64,000 nt of DNA. It comes from the human T2T-CHM13v2.0 reference genome, Homo sapiens. The notes beneath the pieces were generated by a model. It made no database searches. It was not told the DNA's origin and saw only the letters and a program-made list of their open reading frames with translations. Where the stretch lies: the NCBI RefSeq assembly GCF_009914755.1, contig NC_060925.1, one strand, 5' to 3'. Made by a program: the position numbers and the translations under genes. Shown one piece after another: positions 60,987 through 64,000 of this stretch (the first letter of the stretch is position 1; each line of letters opens with the position of its first letter).

Positions 60987-61344
60987 TGTTATGAACTGAA
61001 TGCTTCGGTTCCCTCAAAATTCATATGTTAAACCCTACCCCCTAATGTGATGGTATTAGGAGGTAGGGTCTTTGGGGGTAATTAGAATTAGATAAGCTCA
61101 TGAGGGTAAAGCTTTCATGAATGAGATCTGAATCCTTGTAAGAGTCTCCAGAGAGTCTGCTCCCTCTCTCTGCCACGTGAAAATACAATGAAAACTCAGC
61201 AGTCTGCAGCCAGGAAGACAGCCCTTAGCAGAACTTGACTATGCTGGCACCCTGATCTTGGATTTCAGTCTCCAGAAATTTCTGTTCTTCCTAAGCCATT
61301 CAGCCTAGGATACTTTGTTATAGCAGCCTGAAATGACTTAGACA
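60987..61344 (+). mobile_element. MLT1A-type MaLR solo LTR
   Basis: TGTTATGAACTGAATG...gacttagaCA; TSD cccac/cccat. Confidence 0.85.
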
Positions 61345-61499
61345 CCCATGTGTACAAAGTTTCCCATGAACTTTTCAGTTCTTCCATCTTAAATCCAGCT
61401 AACACTTAAGGATCACCAGAAAGTGAGAAAAGCCTCTAACAAAAACTAAAAGGGGAGACTAAACACATGCTCAAGAAATAGACAACACAGGGGAAAAAA

Positions 61500-62150
61500 A
61501 ACTTAAAATCAGAATGTCATAAAAACAAACTATTCAGAGAACAGGAAATGGCACTTATGTAACTGCTATAGCCAAGTGAAAAATATGACAGCAGAAATGA
61601 AAAGTTCAATAGAAGGGTTAAAACTAAACTTGAAGGAATCCAGAAAATAAAACAAAAATAAATTGAAAATAAGAGATAACAGATGAGAAAACTGAAGAAT
61701 TAAACAAGAAAATACAACATCTAATAGGATTTCTTCAGAGAGAACAGAGAATACAGAAGGAAGGAAATTATTAATGAAATAAAACAAAAAAATTTCCCAG
61801 GATGGAAAGACATCAGTTTCTAGATTCAAAGAGCCCATAAAACACCCAAACCATATGAAGGCAAATCCCTGTAAAATTTAAGAGCACTAAGAAACAAAGA
61901 TGAGATCAGAAGCTTTCCAGAAAGAAACCAGTAACATACAAACAATCAGGGATAAGAATAGCACAAGACTTCTCAACAGCACTAATCAAAGTAGAAAACA
62001 AAGGAGTAGTGCCTTCAAATTTCTAGAAAATGATTTCCAAACTAGAATTCTATTTCTAAGCAAATTACCAATTAAGTACGAAGGTGGAAGTAAAATCTCA
62101 GTAGTTTTACCCTATTGCATTCTTCTTTAAAATCTCCTGGTAGATTTACT
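61500..62150 (+). mobile_element. Ancient L1/HAL1 ORF1 remnant
   Basis: ORF 61900-62130 contains 'RKQRSSAFKFLENDFQTRILFLSKLPIKYEG', resembling the L1 ORF1p C-terminal domain. Confidence 0.7.
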
Positions 62151-63279
62151 CACAAAAATGAGAGATCCAATCCACCAAACAGAAAAAAGGATTTCCCAGG
62201 ATGATGTTAAAAAAAAAAGTTCCAGAACAGTAACTGTGCAGCAGGCACAGAGAACAGTCTAGAGAGGAAAGGGAGGATGGAGGGTTCCAGGAGGGACCTT
62301 GGCAAGAAAAAAATGGAATGTAAGGGTCAAACTGTTATCTTCACTCCAATTAAGAGAGCCATCTTAATATGAGTAACAGTCCACTAACAGGTCTAACATG
62401 ATACAACATTAAGCAGACAACACAACATCACCTATGAAATATTTTAGGCAAAACTTGACTCCATTAGACATAATGTCAAGTTTATAGGAAATACAAACTA
62501 AATGGCACCTCAAGTAAATCAGACAAATCTAGAAGGAGGAATACTGTGAAAAATAAGTGGCCTTGTTCAGTCAACAAGTCAGTGTCATAGACAGGGGACT
62601 GTGCTGGATTACAAAATACCACACACACAGAGACAAATTAATAAACATAACAAAAAGATGCAATGTCTGGTCCTGGATTGGATACTGGTTTGGATAAAAT
62701 AGCTGCTGCAAAGGACATTTTTGGATCAGCTGGAAATTTTAAATATGGTCTGGGTAGTAGATGTAATTTCAGAAATTAAAAGGTGGAATTCATTTGCTGA
62801 AGAAGGCAAATTGCAGAATATGTACATGATTACCTTATTTTGAGAGTAGCATACACATAATTATTTTGGTATCAAAAGATATAAGAATGTATGTATACAT
62901 CCACACCCACATACAGGTTCATACAACAAACAAACCTCACATAGGTTTAGTTTCATAAAATTTCTAAATTCACAAAGTGAATATAAGACTGATTTTTTTC
63001 AGGGAGGAAATTTAGGTACAATAAGCCAACCCTGCCTATTCTAATTTTAGTATTGATGCTTAGATACTAACTGAATTGACATATGGTTTTATGTATTTTC
63101 CTATCAAGGATTCTAGGAACACACCATGATTATCATTCTCCCTCTTCAATATGATCCTTTTTCAAGTATTTGAAAATAAGTACTGTTTCCCCCAAATATT
63201 CTCTTCTCTATGCTAATCCTAGCTCTTTAAATAATGTGGTTTCCACCATGTTAGTAATTTTCTATTAGGGGTACCCCAA

Positions 63280-64000
63280 CTTATAGTAGTAATAAAAGAC
63301 ATACAGTTCTTGTCCATATGGAGTTTACAGTTTAATGGGGATACAGTTATCACAAGACAATTTACAGGATTACAATTGTGATAAGCCAACAAGAGAGAAG
63401 TACTGCAGGCTGGCAGCACATACTATGGGTGGTCTGATCTATTCTGAAGTAAAAAGAAATAGTGCTTTCAGGAAGAGATACAAGCCAAGACTTAAGAATA
63501 AGGGTTGACAACTGAGAGAAAGAACAACATCAAGTGCAAAACTGGAAAGGAGCTTGTGACAAGGTAGTGAGAAGAGATCAGTTTGGCTCAAGCATGGTAA
63601 GGAAAGGAAAAGGGGGCATGGGATAAGCCTGGAGAAAAGTGAGTAAGATCTTGCAAGGACATGGGGATCAGTTTAAGGAGTTTAGAATTTAAGTTTAATG
63701 AGAGGCCACTAAATAGTTTGAAGTAAACGAACAATAAGGGGTTTACACTTACTGGTTGTGTGTGGACAATGGATTTAAGAAACGAAGAATGGATGTAAGG
63801 AGACCAGCTGGGAGAGAGGATATGGCTGTAGTCTAGGCAGGGAATGATGGTTGCATATGCTAGTTGCTGGAGACAATGGTGACAGACAGAAATAGATTTA
63901 AGATTAATTTAGGGCATGGTGATAGACTTTATGTGAGGGATAAGAAAAAGCGAAGTGTTAATCCTAAGGTTCCTTGAATGAAAAATGGAATGGGAGGCTG
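63280..64000 (+). mobile_element. L2 fragment
   Basis: 'tccatatggagtttacagttta...taaggagtttagaatt...aggagaccagctgggagagagg...gtctaggcagggaatgatgg'. Confidence 0.65.

Overview
Human-type (primate) genomic DNA, AT-rich and repeat-dense. The window holds the 3' part of GDAP2 (macrodomain + CRAL-TRIO/Sec14-like protein) on the minus strand. I traced 11 coding exons by GT-AG boundaries and phase continuity, from 59927 down to the TGA at 17803-17805. They translate into one continuous ORF (GCRTGEAK...YPPSPDL). The start codon and N-terminal exons lie beyond the right edge, and exon numbers 4-14 follow my recollection of the reference gene. An alternative C-terminus (…DARVRSTRSSPSPGMVY*) arises by reading through the exon-13 donor. 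The rest is intron, 3'UTR and downstream DNA with Alus, L1/L2/L3/MIR, a near-complete Tigger1, a two-LTR MST (MaLR) element, Charlie/MER DNA transposons and a piggyBac-family (Looper-like) relic. Repeat subfamily names come from recalled consensus sequences, not a RepeatMasker run. I found no convincing new biological system. The best leads are regulatory or splicing hypotheses: two candidate poison exons, in-frame exon blocks flanked by inverted Alus (possible stop-free circRNAs), an intronic NF-kB/CCAAT cluster, a CTCF site, and a few unusual retroposition or template-switch scars.
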